Part shown: positions 1 through 7,311 of the stretch, one piece after another
Position numbering within the stretch: the first letter of the stretch is position 1
Layout of the letters: every line of letters starts with the position of its first letter
Assembly: GCA_964250875.1 (NCBI GenBank)
Contig: CAXUIV010000117.1
Span: forward strand, 1-10,125
Reading direction: 5' to 3'
DNA length: 10,125 nucleotides
Origin: an uncultured bacterium
Lineage (GTDB): Bacteria > Cyanobacteriota > Cyanobacteriia > Cyanobacteriales > Chroococcidiopsidaceae
Made by a program: the position numbers and the translations under genes
The notes under the pieces: model-generated
The model's input: only the letters and a program-made list of their open reading frames with translations
What the model was told of the DNA's origin: nothing
The model's database searches: none

Positions 1-38
1 AATGGTCAGAAGTTATATTGCAGCTTGCGGGTATCTAG

Positions 39-137
39 ATGCGTCAGAGAAAGCTGTGGTGTGTTTGGCTCTCATTTTCTGTTGGCTTTCTAGTCTGTTT
101 GGGGTTGCACATCTCAATCACTCAACAAGCGATCGCT
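39..137 (+). other. predicted Sec signal peptide (or signal anchor) of the TPR-CHAT protein
   Basis: The first 33 residues are MRQRK (n-region), LWCVWLSFSVGFLVCLGL (h-region) and HISITQQAIA (c-region with an AxA motif). The c-region is somewhat long, so an uncleaved signal anchor is possible. Confidence 0.5.
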
Positions 138-2612
138 ATGGAGCAGCACCATGTCCAATCATCTCAGTTTTATAAAGAAGGAAGTGAGGAAACGGGAGAA
201 CAGGCGATCGCCCGTTACAGTGCTGGACAGTACCGGGAGGCGATCGCGCTTTGGACTGAAGCACTGACGCAAACGTTAGATAAAAAAGATATAGCAGCCC
301 TCCACACCGATTTAGGAGCCGCCTATCGTCAGATTGGTGATTTAGGACAGGCGATCGCCCAGTGGGAGCAAGGCGCTAAAATTTATCAATCGATGGCAGG
401 TGAAGAACCGCGTCGCTTGCAGGCACAGGTGCTGACCGAGGAGTCACAGGCTTACAGCGCTTTAGGACAGTTTCGAGTTGCAGTTCCACCGTTACAGAAG
501 GCAGTGGAACTGGCTCGGAGCGATCAAGATCAAAGTACTGAAGCAGCAGTTCAAGGGGCATTAGGCAATGCTTACGCGGCATCTGGGGACTTGGAGCAGG
601 CGATCGCAGCTTACGAGACAAGTTTGAAGCTGTCTGCAAGCCTGAAGGAACCTAGCTTGACAGCCACTTCCTCCAATAATCTGGGTAATGTCTTAAACCA
701 TCGCTATAAACGTTATTCTTCTCAAGCGAATTCAGCTAGGGCAGAAGGGGATGACAGGGAAGAAGATCGCCTATGGCATTTGGCACAGCAAGATGCTACA
801 GCAGCCCAAGCAGCCTACGAACAAAGCACGCGGGAAAGTAGAACACTAGGCGGGATACTGCAAGCCAAAGCATTATTGAACCTGGCTCACTTCTTGCAGC
901 GGTTACCCTCGCCTCAACAGGATGCAATCGATAATTACCGCTCCCAAGCAATGGCAATTCTTGAAAAAGCACCCAACTCTCGTGCCAAAGCCTACGCCCT
1001 CATTAACCTAGCCCTCAGTTACGAACTCCGAACTCCGAACTCCGAACTCCGCACTCCGAACTCCGCACTCACCGCTGCCATCTCCGTAACCCAAAACATT
1101 GGCGATCGCCGAGCTGAGTCTTTTGCGCTGGGAGTTTTAGGACGGTTTTACGAGCAGGCGGGAGAGCTAAGGAGAGCAATGGAGCTAACGCAGCAGGCTC
1201 AATTTGCTGCCCAGCAAGTCAATGCGGCAGACAGCCTCTATCGCTGGCAGTCACAGGCAGGCCGAATTTATAAAGCCATTGGGCAAACCGAGTCAGCGGT
1301 TTCATCGTACAGGCAGGCGATCGCCACACTCCAGAGCATCCGCAGCGATCTTGCCACAGCCAACAAAGATTTGCAGTTCGATCTGCGCGACTCTGTAGAA
1401 CCTGTCTACCGAGAATTGATGGCACTACTTCTAGATGAAAGTCAATCCAAAATCACGCCAGTTCGCTCAACGGGGGGAACCCCCGCACGCGACTGGCTCC
1501 AAAGCCCAAAACCCAAAATCGAACAGGCGCTTCAGGTTTCAGAACTGTTGCAGTTGAGCGAACTGCAAAACTTCTTCGGCGATGAGTGCGTACAGGTAGC
1601 ACGCAGTACAATTGACCCCATCGCTGAACTGGCAAACACCAACACAGCCGCGATCAATTCAATCGTTCTGAGCGATCGCACCTATATGAGCTTGCGCCTA
1701 CCGGATGGATCGCTCAATAGCTATCCAGTGGCGCTGTCGGCTCAGGAGATAGAAAAAGTCGTTGATCGCCTCCGGTTCACCCTGGAGGATATCTCCACAG
1801 ACGAGTATCTCGTTGAAGCCCAGAAGGTTTATGACCTGCTGATTCGACCAATGGCAGCAGATCTAATCAGAGCGAAGCCTAGTACGCTGGTCTTCATTAA
1901 CGACGGTGTGTTGAGAAATGTGCCAATGGCAGCTCTGCATGATGGCAAGCAGTTTCTGGTGGAAAAGTATGCCATTGCCTCGACACTAGGTCTCAACCTA
2001 ACTGCTAATAAGAAGCCAGTTCAACAAAACCCTAAAGCTCTAATTTTTGGCTTGAGCGTTGAAATTCCGCCCTTTGCTCCTCTGCCCAATGTGAAAGCAG
2101 AAGCCCAAGGTGTCCAGAAAATTGTAGGAGGAGAGCGCTTTTTAGACAGTGACTTTACGTTTGCAAACTTGCAAAAGCAAATTCATACGGTTGGCTACTC
2201 AATTGTTCACCTGGCAACGCATGGCAAATTTGGCACCGATCCAGTCAGTACATTCCTGCAAGTGTTTGATCGTCGAGTTTCGCTCAATGAACTAGAAGCT
2301 GTGTTACGTCAGAGTAAGCAACCCATCGAGCTACTAACGCTAAGTGCCTGCCAGACTGCCGCCGGAGATAACCGCTCTACGTTAGGTATTGCTGGAATGG
2401 CACTACGGGCTGGGGTACAAAGTACTCTGGCGAGTCTGTGGTTTGTGAATGATGCCGATACAGTTCCGCTGATTGAAAATTTTTATACCCAGCGGCAGGC
2501 TGGCCTGACGAAGGCTGAAGCTCTGCGGCAAGCACAGCTAAAGGTCATTGCTGATGCCAATGGTCACCCAGCTATTTGGTCGCCCTTTGTTCTGGTTGGG
2601 AACTGGCAGTAA
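39..2612 (+). CDS. TPR-repeat / CHAT-domain (caspase-like) protease with N-terminal signal peptide
   Basis: The 857-aa ORF has four supporting elements. (a) The N-terminus MRQRKLWCVWLSFSVGFLVCLGLHISITQQAIA|ME has a positive n-region, an 18-aa hydrophobic core and an AxA cleavage motif. (b) Residues ~50-470 carry multiple TPR-like helical repeats (AIARYSAGQYREAIALWTEAL, LGAAYRQIGDLGQAIAQWEQGAKIY, ALGNAYAASGDLEQAIAAYETSLKL, VLGRFYEQAGELRRAMELTQQA). (c) The C-terminal ~300 aa carry the CHAT catalytic dyad, VHLATHGKF (His, nt ~2220) and LLTLSACQTAAGD (Cys, nt ~2347), with the typical hydrophobic strand before each. (d) The stop is TAA at 2610-2612. The alternative start at ATG 138 would remove the signal peptide. 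Confidence 0.85.
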   Translation: MRQRKLWCVWLSFSVGFLVCLGLHISITQQAIAMEQHHVQSSQFYKEGSEETGEQAIARYSAGQYREAIALWTEALTQTLDKKDIAALHTDLGAAYRQIGDLGQAIAQWEQGAKIYQSMAGEEPRRLQAQVLTEESQAYSALGQFRVAVPPLQKAVELARSDQDQSTEAAVQGALGNAYAASGDLEQAIAAYETSLKLSASLKEPSLTATSSNNLGNVLNHRYKRYSSQANSARAEGDDREEDRLWHLAQQDATAAQAAYEQSTRESRTLGGILQAKALLNLAHFLQRLPSPQQDAIDNYRSQAMAILEKAPNSRAKAYALINLALSYELRTPNSELRTPNSALTAAISVTQNIGDRRAESFALGVLGRFYEQAGELRRAMELTQQAQFAAQQVNAADSLYRWQSQAGRIYKAIGQTESAVSSYRQAIATLQSIRSDLATANKDLQFDLRDSVEPVYRELMALLLDESQSKITPVRSTGGTPARDWLQSPKPKIEQALQVSELLQLSELQNFFGDECVQVARSTIDPIAELANTNTAAINSIVLSDRTYMSLRLPDGSLNSYPVALSAQEIEKVVDRLRFTLEDISTDEYLVEAQKVYDLLIRPMAADLIRAKPSTLVFINDGVLRNVPMAALHDGKQFLVEKYAIASTLGLNLTANKKPVQQNPKALIFGLSVEIPPFAPLPNVKAEAQGVQKIVGGERFLDSDFTFANLQKQIHTVGYSIVHLATHGKFGTDPVSTFLQVFDRRVSLNELEAVLRQSKQPIELLTLSACQTAAGDNRSTLGIAGMALRAGVQSTLASLWFVNDADTVPLIENFYTQRQAGLTKAEALRQAQLKVIADANGHPAIWSPFVLVGNWQ
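1024..1072 (+). repeat. STRR-like heptanucleotide tandem repeat (AACTCCG x4, CACTCCG, AACTCCG, CACTC..) inside the TPR-CHAT CDS
   Basis: Direct reading gives aactccg aactccg aactccg aactccg cactccg aactccg cactcac. Three units (21 nt) encode the in-frame peptide ELRTPNS, which occurs twice (ELRTPNSELRTPNSAL). The array lies between the TPR region and the CHAT domain. Confidence 0.9.
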
Positions 2613-2619
2613 TACTATC

Positions 2620-2647
2620 TTGGATTTTAGATTTTGGATTTTGGATT
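2620..2647 (+). repeat. STRR-like heptanucleotide tandem repeat (TTGGATT x4, one unit TTAGATT) in the 49-nt spacer between the CHAT and TpsA-like genes
   Basis: The sequence is ttggatt ttagatt ttggatt ttggatt (acggact). It starts 8 nt after the CHAT gene stop codon and ends about 15 nt before ATG 2662. Confidence 0.9.
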
Positions 2648-2661
2648 ACGGACTCAATATT

Positions 2662-5097
2662 ATGAAGATCTGCTGGCAATTTTACCTTCTAGGGTTAGTG
2701 AGCTTCGTTTTCAATACGCCAGCAAGTGCGCAGATCGTGCCAGATAGCAGTGTGGGGACTAGAGTGACGCCCAACGTCACGATCAATGGCGTGCCGAGCG
2801 ATCGCGTTGACGGCGGCACAGTTCGGGGTGCCAATCTGTTCCACAGCTTCTCTGACTTCAACATTGCGGCAGGACGGGGTGCCTACTTTACCAATCCAGC
2901 AGGAATTACCAACATCTTTACCAGAGTGACAGGCTTCAGTTCTTCAAACATCAACGGCATCTTGGGAGTCTTGGGTAATGCCAATCTGTTCTTGCTCAAC
3001 CCCACTGGCATCATCTTTGGTCCCAGTGCTAGGCTGGACCTCAACGGTTCATTTCTAGCCACGACTGCCAACAGTATCAACTTTGCTGATGGCACTCAGT
3101 TTAGTGCCAGCAATCCTCAAGCTGCGCCGCTGCTAACAGTGAGTGTGCCTGTAGGCTTAGGCTTGGGCAGCAATCCGGGGGCAATTCAACTGCAAGGCAC
3201 AGGCCATAATTTAACAGTAGGTCTATTTTCACCATATATAGGAGCGGGTGCTAGCTCAACTGGTTTGCGAGTACAACCGGGGAAGACCTTGGCTCTGGTT
3301 GGGGGAGATGTTGTCTTGGAAGGGGGCATTTTAACGGCACCGCAAGGAAGAATTGAGTTAGGCGGTGGAGCTGATGGCGTAGTCACCCTCAGTCCGACTG
3401 GTCAGGGCTGGACTCTAGGCTACAGCGGAGTGCAAACCTTTCGAGATATTCAGCTCTCGCAGCAGGCATTAGTAGACGCCAGTGGAGCGGGAGGGGGTGA
3501 TATTCAGCTTGTGGGCAAGCGGATCGCGCTAACCGATTATTCAGTTGCTTTGATTCAAAATCAGGGGTTGCAGCCAGCAGGAAACATTCGTGCAAATGCT
3601 TCAGAGTTGTTGCAGGCAAATTCTCTTAGCGGTTTGGACAACGAAACTGTAGGAGTTGGCAAGGGAGGAAATATTACAATTTCGACGCCTCGGTTGTCCC
3701 TAGATGATGGGGCTGTAATAGATACTAGAACATTCGGTGCTGGTTTAGGTGGCAATATAACAGTCGATGCCTTCGAATCTGCGCAGTTGAGTGGATTTCT
3801 TCCCAGTAGTGCCGCTAATCGCAGCACGATCGTTGCCGCAGCTTTCGGTTCTGGACGGGGAGGAGATCTCACAGTTTCAACCAAACAATTAACTATTCTT
3901 GATGGAGCGTACATCGCGGGTGCAACCTTAGGAACTGGGCCTGGAGGGAATGTGAAGGTAAACGCCGCCGATTCTGTAGAAGTCAGCGGAGTCGAGCCTA
4001 GCTTTTTGTCGTCAAGCGCTGTTAGTTCTGCAAGTTTCAGTGCTGGGAATGCTGGTACCGTAATAATCAATACTTCTAAGCTGGTGGTTCGGGATGGCGG
4101 CAGGGTTGATGCTTCTACTGGTGCCAGCGGAAATGCTGGAAGTGTGACTATCAATGCCTCCGATTCTGTCGAGGTGAACGGTATGGCGCTAGGTGGTAAT
4201 CCTAGCCTACTGAGTTCGGCTGCTAGCATTTTGGACCCAGCCTTCCGTCAGCTTTATAGATTGCCTCCAGTAGCGAGTGGCACCTCTGGAGATATAGCTA
4301 TTAATACAGAAGAATTAAGTGTAACTAATGGTGGTCTCGTCAACGTCCAGAATGATGGGACAGGCAATGGAGGAACGGTGTGGGTTAATGCCCCCTCGAT
4401 TACTTTAGACAACCACAGTGGCATTACCGCTGCCGCCGCCTCCGGTCAAGGCGGCAATATTGCTTTACAGACGCAGGACTTACAGTTGCGTCATGGCAGT
4501 AACATCACGGCGACCGCAGCGGGCGTGGGTAATGGCGGCAATATTAAGATTGATACCGAAACTTTAGTCGCCTTAGAAAACAGCAACATCACGGCCAATG
4601 CCTTCAAAGGCAGTGGCGGCAATATCCAAATTGTCACTCAAGGAATCTTTCTTTCTCCTGACAGTCATATCACTGCCTCCTCTCAACTCGGTGTGAGTGG
4701 TGCCGTCAATGTATCTGTGGTCAACCTCAACCAGCAGAATGCGCTCGCGATCGCCCCCAGTAACTTCGTCAGCGGGGAGCAGCTAGCGCTCGACAGTTGC
4801 CTAACTCGCAACAATGCTAGACAGGGAAAGTTTGTGGTGACAGGCAATGGTGGTTTGCCGGAAACGCCTGATGAAGCCTTGGTGGTGCCCTACGACTTGG
4901 CACAGGTGCGAGCAGTTGGCAGTCGGCAGTCGGCAGCTAGGAGTCGGGAATCGGCTCCAGTCTCATTCTCTCCTTGGAAGTTGGGAGACCCAATTGTCGA
5001 GGCAACAGAGTTTGCCGTCAATGCCAATGGACAAGTTGTGCTGACAGCTTCTGCCGCCAAGGCGATCGCCAACCCACAAGCGTTAACCTGCCAATAA
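2662..5097 (+). CDS. TpsA-like secreted exoprotein: filamentous-haemagglutinin N-terminal (TPS / haemagglutination-activity) domain plus beta-helix repeats
   Basis: ATG 2662 gives MKICWQFYLLGLVSFVFNTPASA|QIV, a clear signal peptide. The six-frame ORF begins at 2548, but that start overlaps the upstream gene and precedes the signal peptide, so 2662 is preferred. The TPS domain hallmarks are NGVPSDRVDGGTVRGANLFHSFSDFNI, NPAGITNIFTRVTG, ILGVLGNANLFLLNPTGIIFGPSARLDLNGSFLATTA and a Gly-rich region (GKTLALVGGDVVLEGGILTAPQGRIELGGG). About 10 imperfect 19-22-aa repeats of the form GxGGN(I/V)x(I/V) follow (GGNITIST, GGNITVDA, GGNVKVNA, GNAGTVIIN, GNAGSVTINA, GGTVWVNA, GGNIALQT, GGNIKIDT, GGNIQIVT), predicted to form a right-handed beta-helix. 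The last ~120 aa are non-repetitive. The stop is TAA at 5095-5097. Confidence 0.85.
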   Translation: MKICWQFYLLGLVSFVFNTPASAQIVPDSSVGTRVTPNVTINGVPSDRVDGGTVRGANLFHSFSDFNIAAGRGAYFTNPAGITNIFTRVTGFSSSNINGILGVLGNANLFLLNPTGIIFGPSARLDLNGSFLATTANSINFADGTQFSASNPQAAPLLTVSVPVGLGLGSNPGAIQLQGTGHNLTVGLFSPYIGAGASSTGLRVQPGKTLALVGGDVVLEGGILTAPQGRIELGGGADGVVTLSPTGQGWTLGYSGVQTFRDIQLSQQALVDASGAGGGDIQLVGKRIALTDYSVALIQNQGLQPAGNIRANASELLQANSLSGLDNETVGVGKGGNITISTPRLSLDDGAVIDTRTFGAGLGGNITVDAFESAQLSGFLPSSAANRSTIVAAAFGSGRGGDLTVSTKQLTILDGAYIAGATLGTGPGGNVKVNAADSVEVSGVEPSFLSSSAVSSASFSAGNAGTVIINTSKLVVRDGGRVDASTGASGNAGSVTINASDSVEVNGMALGGNPSLLSSAASILDPAFRQLYRLPPVASGTSGDIAINTEELSVTNGGLVNVQNDGTGNGGTVWVNAPSITLDNHSGITAAAASGQGGNIALQTQDLQLRHGSNITATAAGVGNGGNIKIDTETLVALENSNITANAFKGSGGNIQIVTQGIFLSPDSHITASSQLGVSGAVNVSVVNLNQQNALAIAPSNFVSGEQLALDSCLTRNNARQGKFVVTGNGGLPETPDEALVVPYDLAQVRAVGSRQSAARSRESAPVSFSPWKLGDPIVEATEFAVNANGQVVLTASAAKAIANPQALTCQ
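4918..4952 (+). repeat. degenerate heptanucleotide tandem repeat (GGCAGTC GGCAGTC GGCAGCT AGGAGTC GGGAATC) inside the 3' end of the TpsA-like CDS
   Basis: The period is 7 and reads ggcagtc ggcagtc ggcagct aggagtc gggaatc, encoding ..GSRQSAARSRESA.. in frame. It is more degenerate than the other arrays. Confidence 0.6.
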
Positions 5098-5187
5098 AGC
5101 GGATCGCTAGCCGTCAGTACAGGAGACCGACATCCGGTCAGACTTTCAACCACCGACAACCAACCAGGGACAACTGATGGTTGGGGC

Positions 5188-5208
5188 GAGAGGTCTTGCG
5201 ATCCTCTC
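5188..5208 (+). terminator. weak hairpin (GAGAGG-9 nt loop-CCTCTC) in the TpsA-flotillin intergenic region; possible attenuator or terminator
   Basis: The sequence gagagg tcttgcgat cctctc forms a 6-bp stem with a 9-nt loop. No U-tract follows, and the free energy was not computed. It lies in the 224-nt gap, the only sizeable intergenic space among the co-directional genes. Confidence 0.2.
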
Positions 5209-5321
5209 AATCTGGAATAGCTTAGCAACCCCTAAAGTCAAGTTTTGTAAACAATTCAGTAATTTCCTGGAGTCAGCCTGATAGCCATACAAATACAGCC
5301 TTGGCGAGAGGTTAATTACAA

Positions 5322-7304
5322 ATGGCTAAAATTACAACGTTTCTTAGAAAATTTGCGGCTTCAAATTTCTGTAGTAAGTTTTTGCCGTTTGCTGCCTCTT
5401 TATTGGTAGGAGCAGCGACAACTGGAACCGCCTCAGTAACTGCCCAAACAAGCCCTCCACCACAGCGAGCGCCAGAAGTTCAACTCGTGCAAATGGGAGT
5501 TTTCAGTTCGCCAATTTGGCTTTATCCGGTAGGTACCGTTGTGCTGATACTCATCTTCATTCCGCGCCTTGGCTGGATTATGGGGCTGATCGTCATTGGC
5601 GATCGGGAAGTTGGGATTGTCACCAAGAAATTTTCCAAGGCGAGTTTGCCGCCCGAAAGACTGATTGCGCTGAATGGCGAGGCCGGTTTACAGGCGGATA
5701 CGCTGCCTCCTGGCTGGCACTTTGGGTACTTTCCTTGGCAGTACAGCGTGCGTAAAGAATCAGTTAAAATTATTCCTCAAGGTGAAATTGGGTTAGTTGT
5801 AGCGAGTGACGGCAGAGCTATGCCATCGGACCGGATTTTAGGCAAGGTCGTCGCTTGCGAGGATTACCAAAATGCTCGACAATTTCTGCTCAACGGCGGA
5901 GAAAAGGGACGGCAGTTAGGCATTCTCACAGGCGGCACCTACCGCATTAATACAGCACTGTTCGAAGTTATCACTTCTGCCAATGCTGCCAAACACGAGA
6001 TCACTTCAGCGCAACTAAAGGTCCACGCGATTGAGGCAGACAAAGTAGGGATTGTCACCACACTAGACGGTAAACCGATTGAAGAGGGTGAGATCGCCGG
6101 ACCTGTTATTCCTAATCACGACAGCTTCCAAAAAGCCCAGGCTTTTATCGAGGGAGGTGGATGTAGAGGCTTGCAGGAACAGGTTGTGCTTTCCGGTTCG
6201 TGGAACCTCAATCCTTGGCTGGCAAACGTTGAACAAGTGCGAATGACTGAGGTGCCGATTGGTTATGTAGGCGTCGTGATTTCTTTTGTAGGAGAATCCC
6301 ATAAAGATATTAGTGGAGAATCATTTACTCACGGCAATTTGGTGCATAAAGGTGATAAAGGAGTTTGGGTTGAACCTCTGTATCCCGGCAAACACCCGCT
6401 CAACACCTACATCATGAAAGTGGAACCTGTTCCCACAACAAATATTGTATTGAATTTTACTTCGCGCTTTAGTGGAGAACACGGTTACGACTCCAAGCTC
6501 AATGCGCTGAAATTGCTTTCCTTTGATGGATTCACGTTTGAGCTAGAAATCTTTCAGATCATTCATGTGGGTGCCCTTGATGCGCCAAAGGTAATCTCTC
6601 GTCTAGGTTCAATGCAAAATCTGGTAGACCAAGTGCTGCGGCCAATTGTAGGTAACTATTTCCGCAACTCGGCTCAGGAATACACGGTTCTAGATTTCCT
6701 GATCGCCCGGAGTGAACGACAGGCAGAAGCTGCCGAACACGTTCGACAGGCACTCCGCGCTTACGATGTACAGGCAGTGGATACGTTAATCGGTTTGATT
6801 ACGCCGCCGCCAGAACTCATGCAGACGTTGACCGATCGCAAAATTGCCCAAGAACAGGAGAAAACCTACGAGATCCAGCGCACGGCACAGTCCCAACGGC
6901 AAGAACTGGTACGAGAGACAGCACTAGCGAACATTCAAGAGGAAATGGTCACGGCAGAACAAGGAGTCAAAATTGCCGAACTGCAAGCTACGGCGACGGT
7001 GAAACAGGCTAATGGGGAAGCAGAATCGATTCGAGTCACGGGCCAAGCCAAAGCTGATGCCTATCAAGCAGGCGTGAATTCCCTTGGCGCTCAAGCTTAC
7101 ACGGCGTTGCAGCTTATGCAAGTTATTGGCGATCGCCAGGTGCGAGTTGTTCCTGATGTTGCAGTTAGCGGCAGTGGTAATGGTGGAGGTTTAATTGATG
7201 GCTTGATGGGCATGATGCTGTGGAATCAGTCTAAGGGACAGGAGAATGACGGTCATAATGGCCAGCCTGCGCTGATGAATGGAGAAGTGAAGAGTGAGGA
7301 GTGA
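5322..7304 (+). CDS. flotillin / YqiK-like SPFH (band 7) domain membrane protein
   Basis: The ORF is 660 aa. A hydrophobic hairpin (SPIWLYPVGTVVLILIFIPRLGWIMGLIVIG) is followed by an SPFH-type region (EVGIVTKKF..., GEIGLVVASDG...). A long heptad-like Ala/Gln/Glu-rich coiled-coil segment runs from MQTLTDRKIAQEQEKTYEIQRTAQSQRQELVRETALANIQEEM to ATVKQANGEAESIRVTGQAKADAYQAG. The C-terminal flotillin-type motif is AYTALQLMQVIGDRQVRVVPDVAVSG...GLIDGLMGMM. A GAGAGG sits 13 nt upstream of ATG 5322. An alternative start at ATG 5493 (MGVFSSPIWLY...) would remove a 57-aa N-terminal extension. Confidence 0.8.
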   Translation: MAKITTFLRKFAASNFCSKFLPFAASLLVGAATTGTASVTAQTSPPPQRAPEVQLVQMGVFSSPIWLYPVGTVVLILIFIPRLGWIMGLIVIGDREVGIVTKKFSKASLPPERLIALNGEAGLQADTLPPGWHFGYFPWQYSVRKESVKIIPQGEIGLVVASDGRAMPSDRILGKVVACEDYQNARQFLLNGGEKGRQLGILTGGTYRINTALFEVITSANAAKHEITSAQLKVHAIEADKVGIVTTLDGKPIEEGEIAGPVIPNHDSFQKAQAFIEGGGCRGLQEQVVLSGSWNLNPWLANVEQVRMTEVPIGYVGVVISFVGESHKDISGESFTHGNLVHKGDKGVWVEPLYPGKHPLNTYIMKVEPVPTTNIVLNFTSRFSGEHGYDSKLNALKLLSFDGFTFELEIFQIIHVGALDAPKVISRLGSMQNLVDQVLRPIVGNYFRNSAQEYTVLDFLIARSERQAEAAEHVRQALRAYDVQAVDTLIGLITPPPELMQTLTDRKIAQEQEKTYEIQRTAQSQRQELVRETALANIQEEMVTAEQGVKIAELQATATVKQANGEAESIRVTGQAKADAYQAGVNSLGAQAYTALQLMQVIGDRQVRVVPDVAVSGSGNGGGLIDGLMGMMLWNQSKGQENDGHNGQPALMNGEVKSEE

Positions 7305-7311
7305 GGGATGA

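Noticed and set aside
376-1635. Small ORFs 376-639 (-), 1204-1398 (+), 1219-1425 (-) and 1453-1635 (-) inside the TPR-CHAT gene.
   Set aside because: They are embedded in or antisense to a well-supported long CDS. They are Arg/Pro-rich and junk-like in composition, with no start context. They are spurious.
2548-2661. The upstream ATG at 2548 as the start of the TpsA-like gene (as listed in the ORF track).
   Set aside because: That start would overlap the last 65 nt of the CHAT gene in another frame, read through the TTGGATT heptamer array, and place 38 residues in front of an otherwise canonical signal peptide. ATG 2662 gives an N-terminal signal peptide directly, so it is preferred.
3561-4229. 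A 222-aa ORF on the minus strand, plus neighbouring minus-strand ORFs 2682-2864, 2883-3095, 3186-3386 and 3389-3619.
   Set aside because: All lie antisense inside the TpsA-like beta-helix repeat region. They are Pro/Ala/Thr-rich low-complexity translations of the complement of the GGN codon repeats, with no domain features, and the + strand frame has a strong, continuous domain architecture. They are spurious.
4974-5177. A 67-aa + strand ORF after the TpsA tail, as a possible immunity gene for a CdiA-like toxin tip. The 4847-5044 (+) and 4890-5228 (-) ORFs were considered too.
   Set aside because: It overlaps the TpsA 3' end out of frame. It is Arg/Cys/Gln-rich with no hydrophobic core and no ribosome-binding site, which is not convincing. 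It would need conservation in other genomes to be taken seriously.
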